Assembly: GCA_041690135.1 (NCBI GenBank)
Contig: JAWLHY010000002.1
Coordinates: 528,342-592,341, forward strand
Length of the DNA stretch: 64,000 nt
Source: Armatimonadota bacterium
GTDB lineage: Bacteria; Armatimonadota; SYMT01
Reading direction: 5' to 3'
The translations under genes and the position numbers were made by a program. A model generated the notes under the pieces. That model worked only from the letters and a program-made list of their open reading frames with translations. It made no database searches and had not been told where the DNA came from. Shown piece by piece: positions 51,295-62,664 of the stretch (its first letter is position 1; each line of letters starts with the position of its first letter).

Positions 51295-51530
51295 CCCAGC
51301 TTGCCCACCTGGCGGCCTCCTCCAAACCCTTCTAGCAGTGGAAGACCGGCTGAAGGTTTCTACCGCATCCGCGGCCGGCTCAATCGCTCGGTCGAAAAGG
51401 GGATTGGGAAAGGGAGCCGGGGAAGCCGGCGCCCCGGTAACGACCAGGTCTCCCACTCCCCCTTCTCCCATTTCCCCTTCTCCCACTTCCCCCGTTCACC
51501 GATCTCCAGGCAGCACTGCGGGATGGGTGA

Positions 51531-54500
51531 TTACCGGTAGAGCCACACGCGCAGCAGGGAAAGCAGCTGGTCGGTGTCGACCGGCTTGGCGATGTAGTCC
51601 GAGGCCCCGGCCTCCACGCACTTCTCCCGGTCGCCCTTCATTGCCTTGGCGGTCAGGGCGATAATCGGGACGTCGCCGACTTCGCTGTTCTCGCGAATCC
51701 GCCGCATGGTTTCGTAGCCGTCCATCTCCGGCATCATCACGTCCATCAGCACCACGTCCACATCGGGCGTACTGGCCATTAACTCGAGCGCGTCCTTGCC
51801 GTTCTCCGCGTAAAGCACCTCCATGTGGTGCCGCTCCAGCAGGCTGGTCAGGGCGAAGATGTTCCGGATGTCGTCGTCCACGATGAGGACCTTCTTACCC
51901 ACCAGCACGGGGTCGGTCTGCCGCATTTGCTCCAGGATCTGGCGCTTGGATGGCGGCAGGTTGGCTTGCACCCGGTGGAGGAAGAGCGTCGTCTCGTCCA
52001 GGAGCCGTTCCAGCGACTGTACGTTCTTCACGATGATGGTATCCGCCAGTCGCTTGAGCTCCGTCTCCTGCTTCCGCGTCAACTCGCGCCCGGTGTAGAC
52101 GATGATCGGGAGCTGCGCGAGGCCTATCTCCTTGCGGATGCGCTCGATCAGCTTCGTTCCGGTCATGTCCGGCAGCCCGAGGTCGAGGACCATGCAGTCG
52201 AACTGCTCTTCCTTCAGCGCCTCGATCGCTTCGGCGCCGGAGCCGACCGCGCGGGTGGTCACGTCCCCGTTGCCGATCAGCTCCACGATCGCGTTCCGCT
52301 GCGTCTCGTCATCTTCCACCACCAGGAGGCGCTTCTGTTTCCGGTCCACGAACCCCTTGATGGCCGTGAGGGCGTCGTCGAGCGCCTCCTTCGTCACGGG
52401 TTTGTGGAGGTAGGCGAGGGCTCCTTGCTGCAGGCCTCGCTGGCGCTCCTCCGTCGCGGAGATGATGTGGACGGGGATGTGGCGGGTATCCGGATCGTGC
52501 TTCAGCCGATCCAGCAGAGCCCAGCCGTCCATGTCCGGCAGCCCAAGATCGAGCGTGATGGCGTTGGGCCGGTACTGGCGCGCCAGGTTCGGGACCGGTT
52601 CCCCCTGGGCCGAGATGATCCCCTTGAACCCGCGCTCGCGAGCCCGGTCGAGCAAGATCCGCGCGAACGTCGGGTCATCCTCCACGATCAGGAGCACCTG
52701 GTCGTCCGGGCTCAGATCGCTGCGGTCATCGCTCACGTCGGCCGGCAACTTCAGTTCCTCATCCGCCGTGGCGACTGCCGTGGCCGCCCCGCCGCTGCCA
52801 GGGTGGGCGCGCTCCGTCTCCGTTGCCGGCGCCGTTGCGGTTGCCGTGGCGACGGAGACCCGTTCTCCGGGACCGTTCTCCCGGGGTGTGGGGCGGTAGG
52901 CCGGGCCGCGCGCCGGCCGTGCCGGCGCGGCCGGCACGAACGCATGCGGAAGGTAGAGCGTGAAGGTGCTCCCTTCCCCCGGCACGCTGTGCACGCGGAT
53001 TTCTCCGCCCAGCAGCCCGGCGATCTCCCGGCTGATGGATAGGCCCAATCCCGTCCCGCCGTACTTCCGGCTGGTGGTGCCGTCCGCCTGCTGGAACGCC
53101 TCGAAGATCATCTTCTGCCGGTTCGGAGGGATACCGATCCCGGTGTCGAGGACGGAGAAGGCGATCACGCTCTCCGCCTGGTTGAGCGGCTTGTTGTCCC
53201 GGCTCCAGCCGCCCCGGGCTACGCTGACGTTCAAGACGACCTCTCCGCTCTCGGTGAACTTGATGGCGTTGGACAGGAGGTTTCGCAGGACCTGCTGCAG
53301 CCGCTGGGAGTCGGTGTGGATCGCTCCCGGCAGGTCGTTCGCCAGTTCGACGCGGAAGTCGAGCCCCTTGTCCTGCGCCACCTCGCGGAAGTTTCGCTCC
53401 ACGTAGTGCCGCAGCGTATCGAACGGCACATCGGTGACCTGCACCTCCATCGTGCCCGATTCGATCTTCGCCAGATCCAGGATTTCGTTGATCAAGGCGA
53501 GCAGGTCGTTGCCGGCCTGGTGGATCGTGCTGGCATACTCGATCTGCTTGGACGAAAGCGTCTGTTCCCGGTTCTCGGACAGCAGCCGGGAAAGGATCAA
53601 CATGCTGTTGAGCGGCGTCCGCAGTTCGTGCGACATGTTCGCCAGGAACTCGGACTTGTAGCGGGAGGTCAGGGCCAGTTGTTCGGCCTTTTCCTCCAGT
53701 TCCTGCCGTGCCAGTTCGATCTGCCGATTCTTGCGCTCGACCTCGCGGTTCTGCTCGGAGAGGAGTTGCGCCTTCTCTTCCAGTTCCTCGTTGGTCTGCT
53801 GTAGTTCTTCCTGCTGCTGCCGCAGGAGCTCCTCGGAGGCCTGGAGGGAGCGGGCCTGCTGCTCCAGCCGGCTGTTGGTCTCCTGCAGTTCCTGCTGGCG
53901 CTGCTGGAGTTCCGTAGTGAGCGACTGAGATTGCTTGAGCAGTTCCTCCGTCCGCATGTTCGCCTGGAGTGTGTTCAACACGATCCCGAGGCTGTCGGTG
54001 AGTTGTTCGAGGAAGGTGAGGTGGATGTCGCTGAACCGGCCGAAAGAGGCCAGCTCCACCACGGCCAGTACCTCGCCTTCAAAGAGGACGGGCAGCACCA
54101 CGATGTTGCGCGGGGAAGCCTCACCCAGTCCCGAGCTGATCTTAATGTAGTCCTGCGGCACGTCGGTCAGCAGGATGCGCTGGCGCTCCAGCATGCACTG
54201 TCCCACCAGGCCCTCGCCCGGCTTGAAGCGGTTGTTGAGGCTCTTGCGCTCCTGGTAGCCGTAGCTCGCCAGCAGTCGGAGGACCGTCTCACCGTCGCTG
54301 GCGTCGTTAATGTAGAACGCGCCGGCCTGTTCGGAGACCAGCGGGGCCAACTCCGAGAGGATGAGACGCGCCACCGTCAGGAGATCGCGCTGGCCCTGGA
54401 GCAACCGGGTGAAGCGGGCCACGTTGGTCTTGAGCCAGTCCTGCTCGGTGTTGATCCGCGTGGTGTCCCGCAGGTTGCCGATCATCTCGTTGATGTTGTC

Positions 54501-57500
54501 TTTGAGGGCGGCAACCTCGCCCGCGGCTTCCACCGTAATCGACCGGGAGAGGTCGCCCGTGGTCACCGCGGTGGCCACTTCGGCGATGGCGCGGATCTGG
54601 GTGGTGAGGGTGGCCGCCAGCCGGTTCACGTTGTCCGTCAGGTCGCGCCACGTTCCGGCCGCGCCCGGCACGTTTGCCTGGCCGCCCAACTTCCCTTCGT
54701 TACCCACTTCGCGGGCCACGGTGGTCACCTGGTCGGCGAAGGTGGCCAGCGTGTCGATCATCGCGTTGATCGTCTCGGCCAGTTCGGCGATCTCGCCCTT
54801 CGCTTCCAGGACCAGTTTCTGACGGAGGTTTCCGTTGGCGACCCCCGTCACGACCCGGGCGATGTTTCGCACCTGGTCGGTGAGGTTACTCGCCATGGAG
54901 TTCACGCTGTCGGTCAGATCCTTCCAGGTCCCGGAGACCCCCTTCACCTCGGCCTGGCCGCCCAGCTTCCCTTCCGTGCCCACTTCGCGGGCGACGCGGG
55001 TCACTTCGGATGCGAAGCCGTTGAGCTGATCGACCATCGTGTTGATGGTGTTCTTCAGTTCCAGGATCTCGCCGCGCGCCTCGACCGTGATCTTCTTGGT
55101 CAGGTCGCCGTTCGCCACCGCGGTGGTTACCCCGGCGATGTTGCGCACCTGACCGGTGAGGTTGGAGGCCATGAAGTTCACGTTGTCGGTGAGGTCCTTC
55201 CAGGTTCCCGCCACCCCGGAGACGTAGGCCTGCGCTCCCAGCTTTCCTTCCGTGCCCACCTCGCGGGCCACGCGGGTCACTTCCGTCGCGAAGGCGTTGA
55301 GCTGATCGACCATCGTGTTGATGGTGTTCTTCAGCTCGAGGATTTCTCCCCGCACGTCCACCGTGATCTTTTTCGACAGGTCACCATAGGCCACGGCCGT
55401 GGTCACGTCGGCGATGTTGCGGACCTGGGCAGTTAGATTGGAGGCCATCAGGTTCACGCTGTCGGTCAGGTCTTTCCAGGTCCCCGAGACCCCCTTGACC
55501 TGGGCCTGGCCCCCCAGTTTCCCTTCGGTACCCACTTCCCGCGCCACGCGGGTGACTTCGGAAGCGAAGCCATTGAGCTGATCGACCATCGTGTTGATGG
55601 TGTTTTTCAGTTCCAGGATCTCGCCGCGGACGTCTACCGTGATCTTCTTGGAGAGGTCGCCGTTCGCCACCGCGGTGGTGACTTCGGCGATGTTGCGCAC
55701 CTGCCCCGTCAGGTTCGAGGCCATCGAGTTCACACTATCGGTGAGGTCCTTCCAGGTCCCGGAGACCCCCCGGACCTCCGCCTGACCGCCCAACTTCCCT
55801 TCGGTACCTACTTCCCGCGCCACGCGGGTGACTTCCGAGGCAAAGGCGTTGAGCTGATCGACCATCGTGTTGATGGTGTTCTTCAGTTCCAGGATCTCGC
55901 CGCGGACGTCTACCGTGATCTTCTTCGACAGGTCCCCGTTCGCCACGGCGGTGGTCACCTCGGCAATGTTCCGCACCTGGCCTGTCAGGTTGGAGGCCAT
56001 GGAGTTCACGCTGTCGGTGAGGTCTTTCCAGGTGCCGGCCACTCCCTTCACCTGGGCCTGGCCCCCGAGCTTTCCTTCCGTGCCCACTTCCCGCGCCACG
56101 CGGGTCACTTCGGAAGCGAAGGCGTTGAGCTGATCGACCATCGTGTTGATGGTGTTCTTCAGTTCGAGAATCTCTCCCCGCGCGTCGGCGGTGATCTTCT
56201 TGGAAAGGTCGCCGTTCGCCACCGCGGTGGTGACCTCCGCAATATTTCGCACCTGGCCCGTCAGGTTACTCGCCATGGAGTTCACGTTGTCGGTCAGGTC
56301 CTTCCAGGTGCCGGCGACCCCCTTCACCTCCGCTTGTCCACCCAGGATCCCTTCGGTGCCCACTTCACGGGCGACGCGGGTCACTTCGGAAGCGAAGCCG
56401 TTGAGCTGATCGACCATCGTGTTGATGGTGTTCTTCAGCTCCATGATCTCGCCGCGGGCGTCGGCGGTGATCTTCTTGGAGAGGTCCCCCGTGGCGACGG
56501 CGGTGGTGACTTCCGCGATGTTGCGCACCTGGTCGGTCAGGTTGCGGGCCATGAAGTTCACGCTGTCGGTCAGGTCTTTCCAGGTCCCGGAGACCCCCTT
56601 CACCTCGGCTTGCCCGCCCAGGATCCCCTCCGTGCCCACTTCGCGGGCGACGCGGGTGACTTCCGAGGCGAAGGCGTTGAGCTGATCGACCATCGTGTTG
56701 ATGGTGTTCTTCAGTTCCAGGATCTCCCCGCGGGCATCGGCGGTGATCTTCTTGGAGAGGTCGCCGGTTGCGACGGCGGTGGTCACTTCCGCGATGTTGC
56801 GGACCTGGCCCGTCAGGTTACTCGCCATGGAGTTCACGTTGTCGGTGAGGTCCTTCCAGGTGCCGGCGACCCCCTTCACCTCCGCTTGTCCACCGAGGAT
56901 CCCTTCGGTGCCCACTTCACGGGCCACGCGGGTCACTTCGGAAGCGAAGCCGTTGAGCTGATCGACCATCGTGTTGATGGTGTTCTTCAGCTCAAGGATT
57001 TCCCCGCGGGCGTCGGCCGTGATCTTCTTGGAGAGGTCCCCCGTGGCAATGGCGGTAGCCACCTCGGCAATGTTTCGTACCTGGCCCGTCAGGTTACTCG
57101 CCATGGAGTTCACGTTGTCGGTGAGGTCCTTCCAGGTGCCGGCGACCCCCTTCACCTCCGCTTGTCCACCGAGGATTCCTTCGGTGCCTACTTCGCGGGC
57201 CACGCGGGTCACTTCGGAAGCGAAGCCGTTGAGCTGATCGACCATCGTGTTGATGGTGTTCTTCAGTTCCAGGATCTCTCCGCGCACATCCACCGTGATC
57301 TTCTTGGAGAGGTCGCCGGTCGCGACGGCGGTGGTGACTTCGGCGATGTTGCGCACCTGGTCGGTCAGGTTGCGGGCCATGAAGTTCACGCTGTCGGTCA
57401 GGTCCTTCCAGGTGCCGGAAACCCCCTTCACCTCCGCCTGTCCGCCGAGGATCCCTTCGGTGCCTACTTCGCGGGCCACGCGGGTCACTTCGGAAGCGAA

Positions 57501-58235
57501 GCCATTGAGCTGATCGACCATCGTGTTGATGGTGTCCTTCAGGTCGAGGATCTCGCCGCGCACGTCGACCGTGATTTTCTTGGAGAGATCTCCGTTTGCT
57601 ACCGCAGTCGTTACCTCCGCGATGTTACGGACCTGCGCGGTGAGGTTGGAGGCCATCAGGTTCACGCTGTCGGTCAGGTCCTTCCAGGTTCCCGAGACCC
57701 CCTTCACCTGGGCCTGCCCCCCGAGCTTTCCTTCGGTGCCTACTTCCCGTGCCACGCGGGTCACTTCGGATGCGAAGGCGCCCAACTGATCGACCATCGT
57801 GTTCACCGTCTTGGCCGTCCGCAGGAACTCACCGGTGAGCGGGCGTCCGTCGATGTCCAGCGACATCGTTTGGGAGAGATCGCCTTTAGCCACCGCGCCG
57901 ATGACTCGGGCCACTTCCGTGGTGGGCTGCACCAGGTCGACGACGAGATCATTGACGGCTTCAACGCAATCTGCCCACTTGCCGGTCGCGTTGGCGAGGT
58001 GCGCGCGCTGCGAGGTCTTTCCCTGCTTGCCTACCACCTTGCTGATGCGGGCCAACTCGGCTGCCAGCCGCTCGTTCTTATCGATGACCTCGTTCAGGGC
58101 ATCGTAAATCTTGCCTGCGATGCCGGTCGCGTCGACCGGCATTCGTGCGGAGAAGTCACCCTTGTTGACCGCCAGCAGGACGCTGAGGAGCTGTTTCTCA
58201 TCCAGAACTTGAGTTTCGGCTGGTACTGTAGCCAT
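51531..58235 (-). CDS. Poly-HAMP hybrid histidine kinase (group III/Nik1-like): HAMP array-GAF-HisKA-HATPase-3xREC
   Basis: 92-aa units ([23 protein letters not shown]), [14 protein letters not shown], three receiver domains. Confidence 0.95.
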   Translation of the reverse strand: MATVPAETQVLDEKQLLSVLLAVNKGDFSARMPVDATGIAGKIYDALNEVIDKNERLAAELARISKVVGKQGKTSQRAHLANATGKWADCVEAVNDLVVDLVQPTTEVARVIGAVAKGDLSQTMSLDIDGRPLTGEFLRTAKTVNTMVDQLGAFASEVTRVAREVGTEGKLGGQAQVKGVSGTWKDLTDSVNLMASNLTAQVRNIAEVTTAVANGDLSKKITVDVRGEILDLKDTINTMVDQLNGFASEVTRVAREVGTEGILGGQAEVKGVSGTWKDLTDSVNFMARNLTDQVRNIAEVTTAVATGDLSKKITVDVRGEILELKNTINTMVDQLNGFASEVTRVAREVGTEGILGGQAEVKGVAGTWKDLTDNVNSMASNLTGQVRNIAEVATAIATGDLSKKITADARGEILELKNTINTMVDQLNGFASEVTRVAREVGTEGILGGQAEVKGVAGTWKDLTDNVNSMASNLTGQVRNIAEVTTAVATGDLSKKITADARGEILELKNTINTMVDQLNAFASEVTRVAREVGTEGILGGQAEVKGVSGTWKDLTDSVNFMARNLTDQVRNIAEVTTAVATGDLSKKITADARGEIMELKNTINTMVDQLNGFASEVTRVAREVGTEGILGGQAEVKGVAGTWKDLTDNVNSMASNLTGQVRNIAEVTTAVANGDLSKKITADARGEILELKNTINTMVDQLNAFASEVTRVAREVGTEGKLGGQAQVKGVAGTWKDLTDSVNSMASNLTGQVRNIAEVTTAVANGDLSKKITVDVRGEILELKNTINTMVDQLNAFASEVTRVAREVGTEGKLGGQAEVRGVSGTWKDLTDSVNSMASNLTGQVRNIAEVTTAVANGDLSKKITVDVRGEILELKNTINTMVDQLNGFASEVTRVAREVGTEGKLGGQAQVKGVSGTWKDLTDSVNLMASNLTAQVRNIADVTTAVAYGDLSKKITVDVRGEILELKNTINTMVDQLNAFATEVTRVAREVGTEGKLGAQAYVSGVAGTWKDLTDNVNFMASNLTGQVRNIAGVTTAVANGDLTKKITVEARGEILELKNTINTMVDQLNGFASEVTRVAREVGTEGKLGGQAEVKGVSGTWKDLTDSVNSMASNLTDQVRNIARVVTGVANGNLRQKLVLEAKGEIAELAETINAMIDTLATFADQVTTVAREVGNEGKLGGQANVPGAAGTWRDLTDNVNRLAATLTTQIRAIAEVATAVTTGDLSRSITVEAAGEVAALKDNINEMIGNLRDTTRINTEQDWLKTNVARFTRLLQGQRDLLTVARLILSELAPLVSEQAGAFYINDASDGETVLRLLASYGYQERKSLNNRFKPGEGLVGQCMLERQRILLTDVPQDYIKISSGLGEASPRNIVVLPVLFEGEVLAVVELASFGRFSDIHLTFLEQLTDSLGIVLNTLQANMRTEELLKQSQSLTTELQQRQQELQETNSRLEQQARSLQASEELLRQQQEELQQTNEELEEKAQLLSEQNREVERKNRQIELARQELEEKAEQLALTSRYKSEFLANMSHELRTPLNSMLILSRLLSENREQTLSSKQIEYASTIHQAGNDLLALINEILDLAKIESGTMEVQVTDVPFDTLRHYVERNFREVAQDKGLDFRVELANDLPGAIHTDSQRLQQVLRNLLSNAIKFTESGEVVLNVSVARGGWSRDNKPLNQAESVIAFSVLDTGIGIPPNRQKMIFEAFQQADGTTSRKYGGTGLGLSISREIAGLLGGEIRVHSVPGEGSTFTLYLPHAFVPAAPARPARGPAYRPTPRENGPGERVSVATATATAPATETERAHPGSGGAATAVATADEELKLPADVSDDRSDLSPDDQVLLIVEDDPTFARILLDRARERGFKGIISAQGEPVPNLARQYRPNAITLDLGLPDMDGWALLDRLKHDPDTRHIPVHIISATEERQRGLQQGALAYLHKPVTKEALDDALTAIKGFVDRKQKRLLVVEDDETQRNAIVELIGNGDVTTRAVGSGAEAIEALKEEQFDCMVLDLGLPDMTGTKLIERIRKEIGLAQLPIIVYTGRELTRKQETELKRLADTIIVKNVQSLERLLDETTLFLHRVQANLPPSKRQILEQMRQTDPVLVGKKVLIVDDDIRNIFALTSLLERHHMEVLYAENGKDALELMASTPDVDVVLMDVMMPEMDGYETMRRIRENSEVGDVPIIALTAKAMKGDREKCVEAGASDYIAKPVDTDQLLSLLRVWLYR
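54470..57900 (-). repeat. About 13 tandem 276-bp HAMP-coding units
   Basis: Antisense shadow ORFs recur exactly every 276 bp from 55591 to 57799; similar units continue toward 54470. Confidence 0.9.
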
Positions 58236-58605
58236 GGATTGCTTCCGAAAATGAGCAGGAACCGGTGAAGGGGAGAGGCCGGCTACCTGAGCGACAAGCC
58301 CCACTCCCGCCGGGTCGGGGAACCGGTGAAAGCAGGGGAAGAAGGGTCGCGGCGGTGGGAAGGGCAGGCGCCGCCGGCAAGGAAATACCATCCGCTTCCT
58401 CTCACCGGTACGGCGTTTCCGCGCGACCCCATCTCGGATGTGCGGCGGAAGCTCACGAAACGAGCGGCCTACCGGTGAGCGGTTGGGAAGCGGGGCAGCG
58501 TACTTGGAGAGGAACCGAACGGGTCCGACCGGCTGATCGTACCCACCGCGGCGGCATGCTCAAACATCGAAATTTGGGAAAAGTTCGAGCGCGCCGCTCG
58601 GGGGA

Positions 58606-59049
58606 TCAGATCCGGTCGTTGAAGAGGAGAGTCCCGACGGCCCCGGCGAGGAGAACCAGACCGAAGAGCAAGACAATGGCGAGAAACCAGCCCAGGCGCA
58701 GCAGGGGTCCCGGAGGCTCCGCAACGGGAGGGGCTTCTCGGGGGCGGTTGGCGCATTCCTCACAAACGAGCACATCCTTACCGCGACTGCGCTGGAGTTG
58801 CTCTTTAGGGAACAGGCCGCTGCAGCGGTAACAGCGAGTGGGCCGGTGCTGATGGCAGCAGGGCTCCCCTTCTTCCGTGAAGCTGCCGAAGGGATACTTC
58901 GAAGAACGAGGCACTCGTAAAGTGTTGGCTCCCAGTGGAGCCCCGCAGGCGGCGCATTGGAATGGGGGCCGGCAGTTGCACCGGGGGCAACTGTCGGCCT
59001 TTTGTGAAAGTTCGGCCCCGCACTGCCGGCAGTGGAGCGGAACGGACAT
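58606..59049 (-). CDS. Cys-rich zinc-ribbon protein with a C-terminal TM helix
   Basis: CRQC, CPRC, CAAC, CCHQH, CYRC, CEEC; hydrophobic C-terminus. Confidence 0.65.
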   Translation of the reverse strand: MSVPLHCRQCGAELSQKADSCPRCNCRPPFQCAACGAPLGANTLRVPRSSKYPFGSFTEEGEPCCHQHRPTRCYRCSGLFPKEQLQRSRGKDVLVCEECANRPREAPPVAEPPGPLLRLGWFLAIVLLFGLVLLAGAVGTLLFNDRI

Positions 59050-59211
59050 ACAGTCTTCCGGGAGAGCGCGTCACTTCGGTCTTCACACGCGGACCGATTC
59101 TGATCTCATACGGATGATGGAGGAGCGTGGAATAGAGGGTCCGCCGTACGAGAGATCGCTTGCTCACCTAAGGAACTACTTGTCCGAAAATTGCGCTTTT
59201 CCCTCCGTAAC

Positions 59212-60273
59212 TCAGCTTTGGAGTTCCTTAACGTACGTTTCCAATTCCGCGGCCCGGTGTGCCGCGGAATGGGACTGCAACACCCTCTGGCGAGCGCGCT
59301 CTCCGAGGGCGAGACGCTCGGATTCCGGGAGGTCGCGGACCCGGGCCAGGCTTTCCTCGGGGCTGCGGGCTACCAGGATTTCCTTTTCCGGTTCGAAGAA
59401 GGTGTCGAGCCCTTCCCACCAGTCGCTGATGATCGGCGTGCCGCACGCCGCGGCCTCGAACAGGCGCACGCTGGGAGAATACCCGGCGCGGATCATGTCG
59501 GCGCGGGTGACGTTCAGGGTGAAACGTTGACGATTGTAGAAGGCCCGGTGCTCCCGTGGCGGGAGGTGTTCGATGCGCCGCACGTTCGCGGGCCAGCGCA
59601 CGGATGCGGGATACTGCGGCCCGGCCACGACGAAACGCCCGGCACTCCAGCGCCGGGCCGGCTCCAGCAGGAGATTCTCCAGGGGCGGTTGGCGGTCGTC
59701 GCTGTAAGTGCCCATGTACCCGAGGTCCCACTCTATTTCCCGCGGTTCGGGGAAGTAGAGCTCCGGGTCGAACGAGCAGTAAAGCGGGCGTGCCGCCGGC
59801 GAGCCGTAGCGGCTTTCGATCTGCTTCAGGATCGGGCCGCCCGAGAAGGAGAGGTAGAGTTGGTAGGCGGGGATCAGCTCGGGTGAGAGATACTCCAGAT
59901 CGCCCCGTTCGAGCTTCGCCAGGGTTACCGGCGTATCGATGTCGTAGAATGCGGAAACACCTTGCGCGGTACGCGTCACCCACTCGCCCACCCGCACTCC
60001 TTCGGGAACGTAGGAGCCCACGATCACGAGGTGCGAGGCCCGCACGGCCGCCTGGAAGCGGTCCTTCAACTCGTCGAGGTTAGCGTAGAGTTCGGTCCGG
60101 CCGAAGGGCGGACGGGGGAGGTCCCGGTTCTCGGCGTACCAGGGCACGTCGCGCTCGAGAAAAAGAACGTCATGGCCGCGGGCCACCAGTTCCCGGACAA
60201 GCCCCCGATACGTGGTGGCATGCCCGTTGCCCCAGGAAGAAGTGATGGAAAGACCGAGGATCGTGATGCGCAT
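59212..60273 (-). CDS. CgeB-family glycosyltransferase
   Basis: SSWGNGHATTYRGL, YDIDTPVT, SPSVRLFEAAACG. Confidence 0.88.
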   Translation of the reverse strand: MRITILGLSITSSWGNGHATTYRGLVRELVARGHDVLFLERDVPWYAENRDLPRPPFGRTELYANLDELKDRFQAAVRASHLVIVGSYVPEGVRVGEWVTRTAQGVSAFYDIDTPVTLAKLERGDLEYLSPELIPAYQLYLSFSGGPILKQIESRYGSPAARPLYCSFDPELYFPEPREIEWDLGYMGTYSDDRQPPLENLLLEPARRWSAGRFVVAGPQYPASVRWPANVRRIEHLPPREHRAFYNRQRFTLNVTRADMIRAGYSPSVRLFEAAACGTPIISDWWEGLDTFFEPEKEILVARSPEESLARVRDLPESERLALGERARQRVLQSHSAAHRAAELETYVKELQS

Positions 60274-60298
60274 CGGTTCGGGTGAGTGTGAGCGTCGA

Positions 60299-60411
60299 GG
60301 GTAAGAGTAAGAGTAAGAGTAGGGGTAAGAGTAAGAGTAGGAGTAAGAGTAGGAGTAAGAGTAAGAGTAAGAGTAAGAGTAGGAGTAAGAGTAGGAGTAG
60401 GAGTAGGAGTG
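60299..60411. repeat. Intergenic hexamer microsatellite (GAGTAA/GAGTAG)n, about 19 units
   Basis: Directly visible between two glycosyltransferase genes. Confidence 0.95.
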
Positions 60412-60418
60412 AGAAAGG

Positions 60419-61492
60419 CTAGAGCAGCAGTTGCTCGAGTTGCTCCGCGCGGTGGGCGTAGGTATGCTCCGCAAGCACGCGCCGGAGTGCCGCCTGGCCG
60501 ATCTCCCGGGCGCGTTCCGGCGTGAGCGAGCGCACGTGCTCGGCCACTTCGTTCCCATCGTGAGCTACCAGGACTTCGCGGTCGGGCTCCAGGAATTGCT
60601 CCACGCCCTTCCAGGCGTCCGTGATGAGGCATGCGCCGGCGCCGGCCGCTTCGAAGACGCGCGTGGCCGGGGAGAAGCCGTACTCCGCCATGCTCTCCCG
60701 GCTGATGTTGAGGACGGCCAGTGGCGTGCAGTTGAACGCGTTGTGGTCGCGGGTGTACACGTGCCCGCGGTAGCGCACGTTCTCCGGCATTGGCTTGTCG
60801 CCCCACCCGCTGCCGCCCAGCAGGAAGTGCCGTTCGGGCAACTCGGCCGCGGCCCGGAGGAAGAACTCCTCCACGCGTCGCTCCCGGTCCGGCAGGCGGT
60901 TTCCGAGAAAGCCGAGATCGGCGGCGAACTCCGGGTTCGGCGGTACGGGATGGTGCGTCTGCGGGTCCAGCGCATTATAGATCGGGATGCAGGCTCGCGC
61001 GCCCAGGGCCCTGTAAGCATCCGACACCGGATCGCCGCCGCCGTAGGTGAGTACGAGATCGTAGCGGGGGATCAGCGCGCGGAACGGATCGCCGGGGTTC
61101 TCGTGGACCCGCGCCAGGGTCGCGGGAGCATCGACATCCCAGAAGATCACCCGGGTGTTCGGTCCCTGGTGGCGCAGCACTTCTCGCTCCAGCAGTTCAT
61201 CGAACACGCCGACGCCGCTCGCCTTCACCACCAGGTCGCATCCGGCGGCCCGTTCGACCATGCGGATCGCTTCCCCCTCGTCCGTACCGGAGTAGACCAC
61301 CACCTCCGCCCACTCGGGATCGGGGATGTCCCGGTGCTGTTGCCGCTCATAAGCGTCCGGTTCGTAAAAGGTCACCCCATGCCCGCGCTCGTACAACGCC
61401 CGGACGATGCCCCGGTAGTAGGTGGCGGCGCCGTTCCAGTAGGCGGAGACCAGACTGGAGCCGAAGAAGGCGACTTTAAGACCGCGGCTCAT
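60419..61492 (-). CDS. CgeB-family glycosyltransferase
   Basis: SAYWNGAATYYRG, WDVDAPAT, SPATRVFEAAGAG. Confidence 0.88.
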   Translation of the reverse strand: MSRGLKVAFFGSSLVSAYWNGAATYYRGIVRALYERGHGVTFYEPDAYERQQHRDIPDPEWAEVVVYSGTDEGEAIRMVERAAGCDLVVKASGVGVFDELLEREVLRHQGPNTRVIFWDVDAPATLARVHENPGDPFRALIPRYDLVLTYGGGDPVSDAYRALGARACIPIYNALDPQTHHPVPPNPEFAADLGFLGNRLPDRERRVEEFFLRAAAELPERHFLLGGSGWGDKPMPENVRYRGHVYTRDHNAFNCTPLAVLNISRESMAEYGFSPATRVFEAAGAGACLITDAWKGVEQFLEPDREVLVAHDGNEVAEHVRSLTPERAREIGQAALRRVLAEHTYAHRAEQLEQLLL

Positions 61493-62664
61493 ACGAGTAC
61501 CTCTTCCGAACGAGCCGGCTGCGATTGCGGCTCGTCACTTCTATCCTGGGGTGGAAACAACTCCCGGCGAAGCTCGGTAGCGATCGATAGCAACTCATCG
61601 ACCCGATGATGACAACTGTGTCGCGCGAGTACGGTTTGCCGGCCGTGTTCTGCCAGCACTCGACGCAGATCCGGGCTACTCATCAACACCCGCAGGTGGG
61701 CCGCCATTTCCGCCCCGTTGCGGGCGACGAGGAAGTCCTGGCCAGGATGGAATAATCCCTCGGCATCGCACCAGGGAGCGGAGACGAGCGGGATGCCGCA
61801 GGCCATGGCCTCGAACGGCCGGATCGTCGGGATCCCCGGCAAGGCCTCTACGTAGGGGCGCCGGGGTACGTGGACTGTCATGCGGTAGCGGGCGAAGACT
61901 TCCGGAACGCGGTAGTTCGGCAGCCACCCGCCGTACTCGATCCCAGCACGTTCCAGTGCCTTCAGAGCGTGTTCCGGGTAACGCACTCCATAGACCCGAG
62001 CTTTGAGCCCGAGGGCCCGCACCGGCTCGAGCAGGAATTCGTGGAGCTCCGCCGTGCGTTCCTCGTCGCCCCAATTGCCGACCCAGACCAGGTCCCCCTC
62101 GGGTTCGCGCTCCGGATGGGGGAGGGGAAGAGGTCGGAAGCGCCGCGTATTGGCGGCCTCGTGCCAGGTCCAGGCACGGCGCGCCCAGCCCCGTTCCAGG
62201 TAAAGCTCGCGGATCACCTCACCGAACGCCAGCACCCCGTCGTAGTGGGTGAGGTCGTAGGCCGCCATCGCTTCCGGCTCCGTGACGGAACGGTGGTGGG
62301 TGTCGTGGAACAGCAGCGCGTAGTTTCCCGTCCGCGCCCGGTGTTCTCCGATGCGAGCGACCAGTCCGTGGTCGTTCCACTCGTGGACCAGCACGAGGTC
62401 GGCCCCGTCCAGCACCGCTTCGAGGTCCAGGGTCCGTGACGAGTAACGGGTACTTCGCAGCCCGGGATAGGCGGCATAGAAGTCCCGGATGGCCGTGGGG
62501 CCGTGGTCGCGGAGCAGGTTCTGGACACTCCAGGCGTCTCGTGGCTCCAGGATCTCCACCGGGTGGCCCCGCTCCATCAGTTCCGAGGCAACCCCGCGCA
62601 GGAAGTGGGCGTTGCCGTGGTTCCAGTCCGACACCAGGGAGTGATAGAACATCACCACGCGCAC
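61489..62664 (-). CDS. CgeB-family glycosyltransferase
   Basis: SDWNHGNAHFLRG, FHDTHHR, PTIRPFEAMACG; GTG start. Confidence 0.88.
   Translation of the reverse strand: MRVVMFYHSLVSDWNHGNAHFLRGVASELMERGHPVEILEPRDAWSVQNLLRDHGPTAIRDFYAAYPGLRSTRYSSRTLDLEAVLDGADLVLVHEWNDHGLVARIGEHRARTGNYALLFHDTHHRSVTEPEAMAAYDLTHYDGVLAFGEVIRELYLERGWARRAWTWHEAANTRRFRPLPLPHPEREPEGDLVWVGNWGDEERTAELHEFLLEPVRALGLKARVYGVRYPEHALKALERAGIEYGGWLPNYRVPEVFARYRMTVHVPRRPYVEALPGIPTIRPFEAMACGIPLVSAPWCDAEGLFHPGQDFLVARNGAEMAAHLRVLMSSPDLRRVLAEHGRQTVLARHSCHHRVDELLSIATELRRELFPPQDRSDEPQSQPARSEEVLV

Noticed and set aside
54307-58268. Periodic plus-strand ORFs (MLMVFFSS..., 501 aa and 644 aa)
   Set aside because: Antisense shadows of the poly-HAMP kinase
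60274-60558. Poly-(SY) N-terminal extension of the glycosyltransferase
   Set aside because: It overlaps the upstream gene and crosses a microsatellite; the family-typical start is MRITILG at 60273
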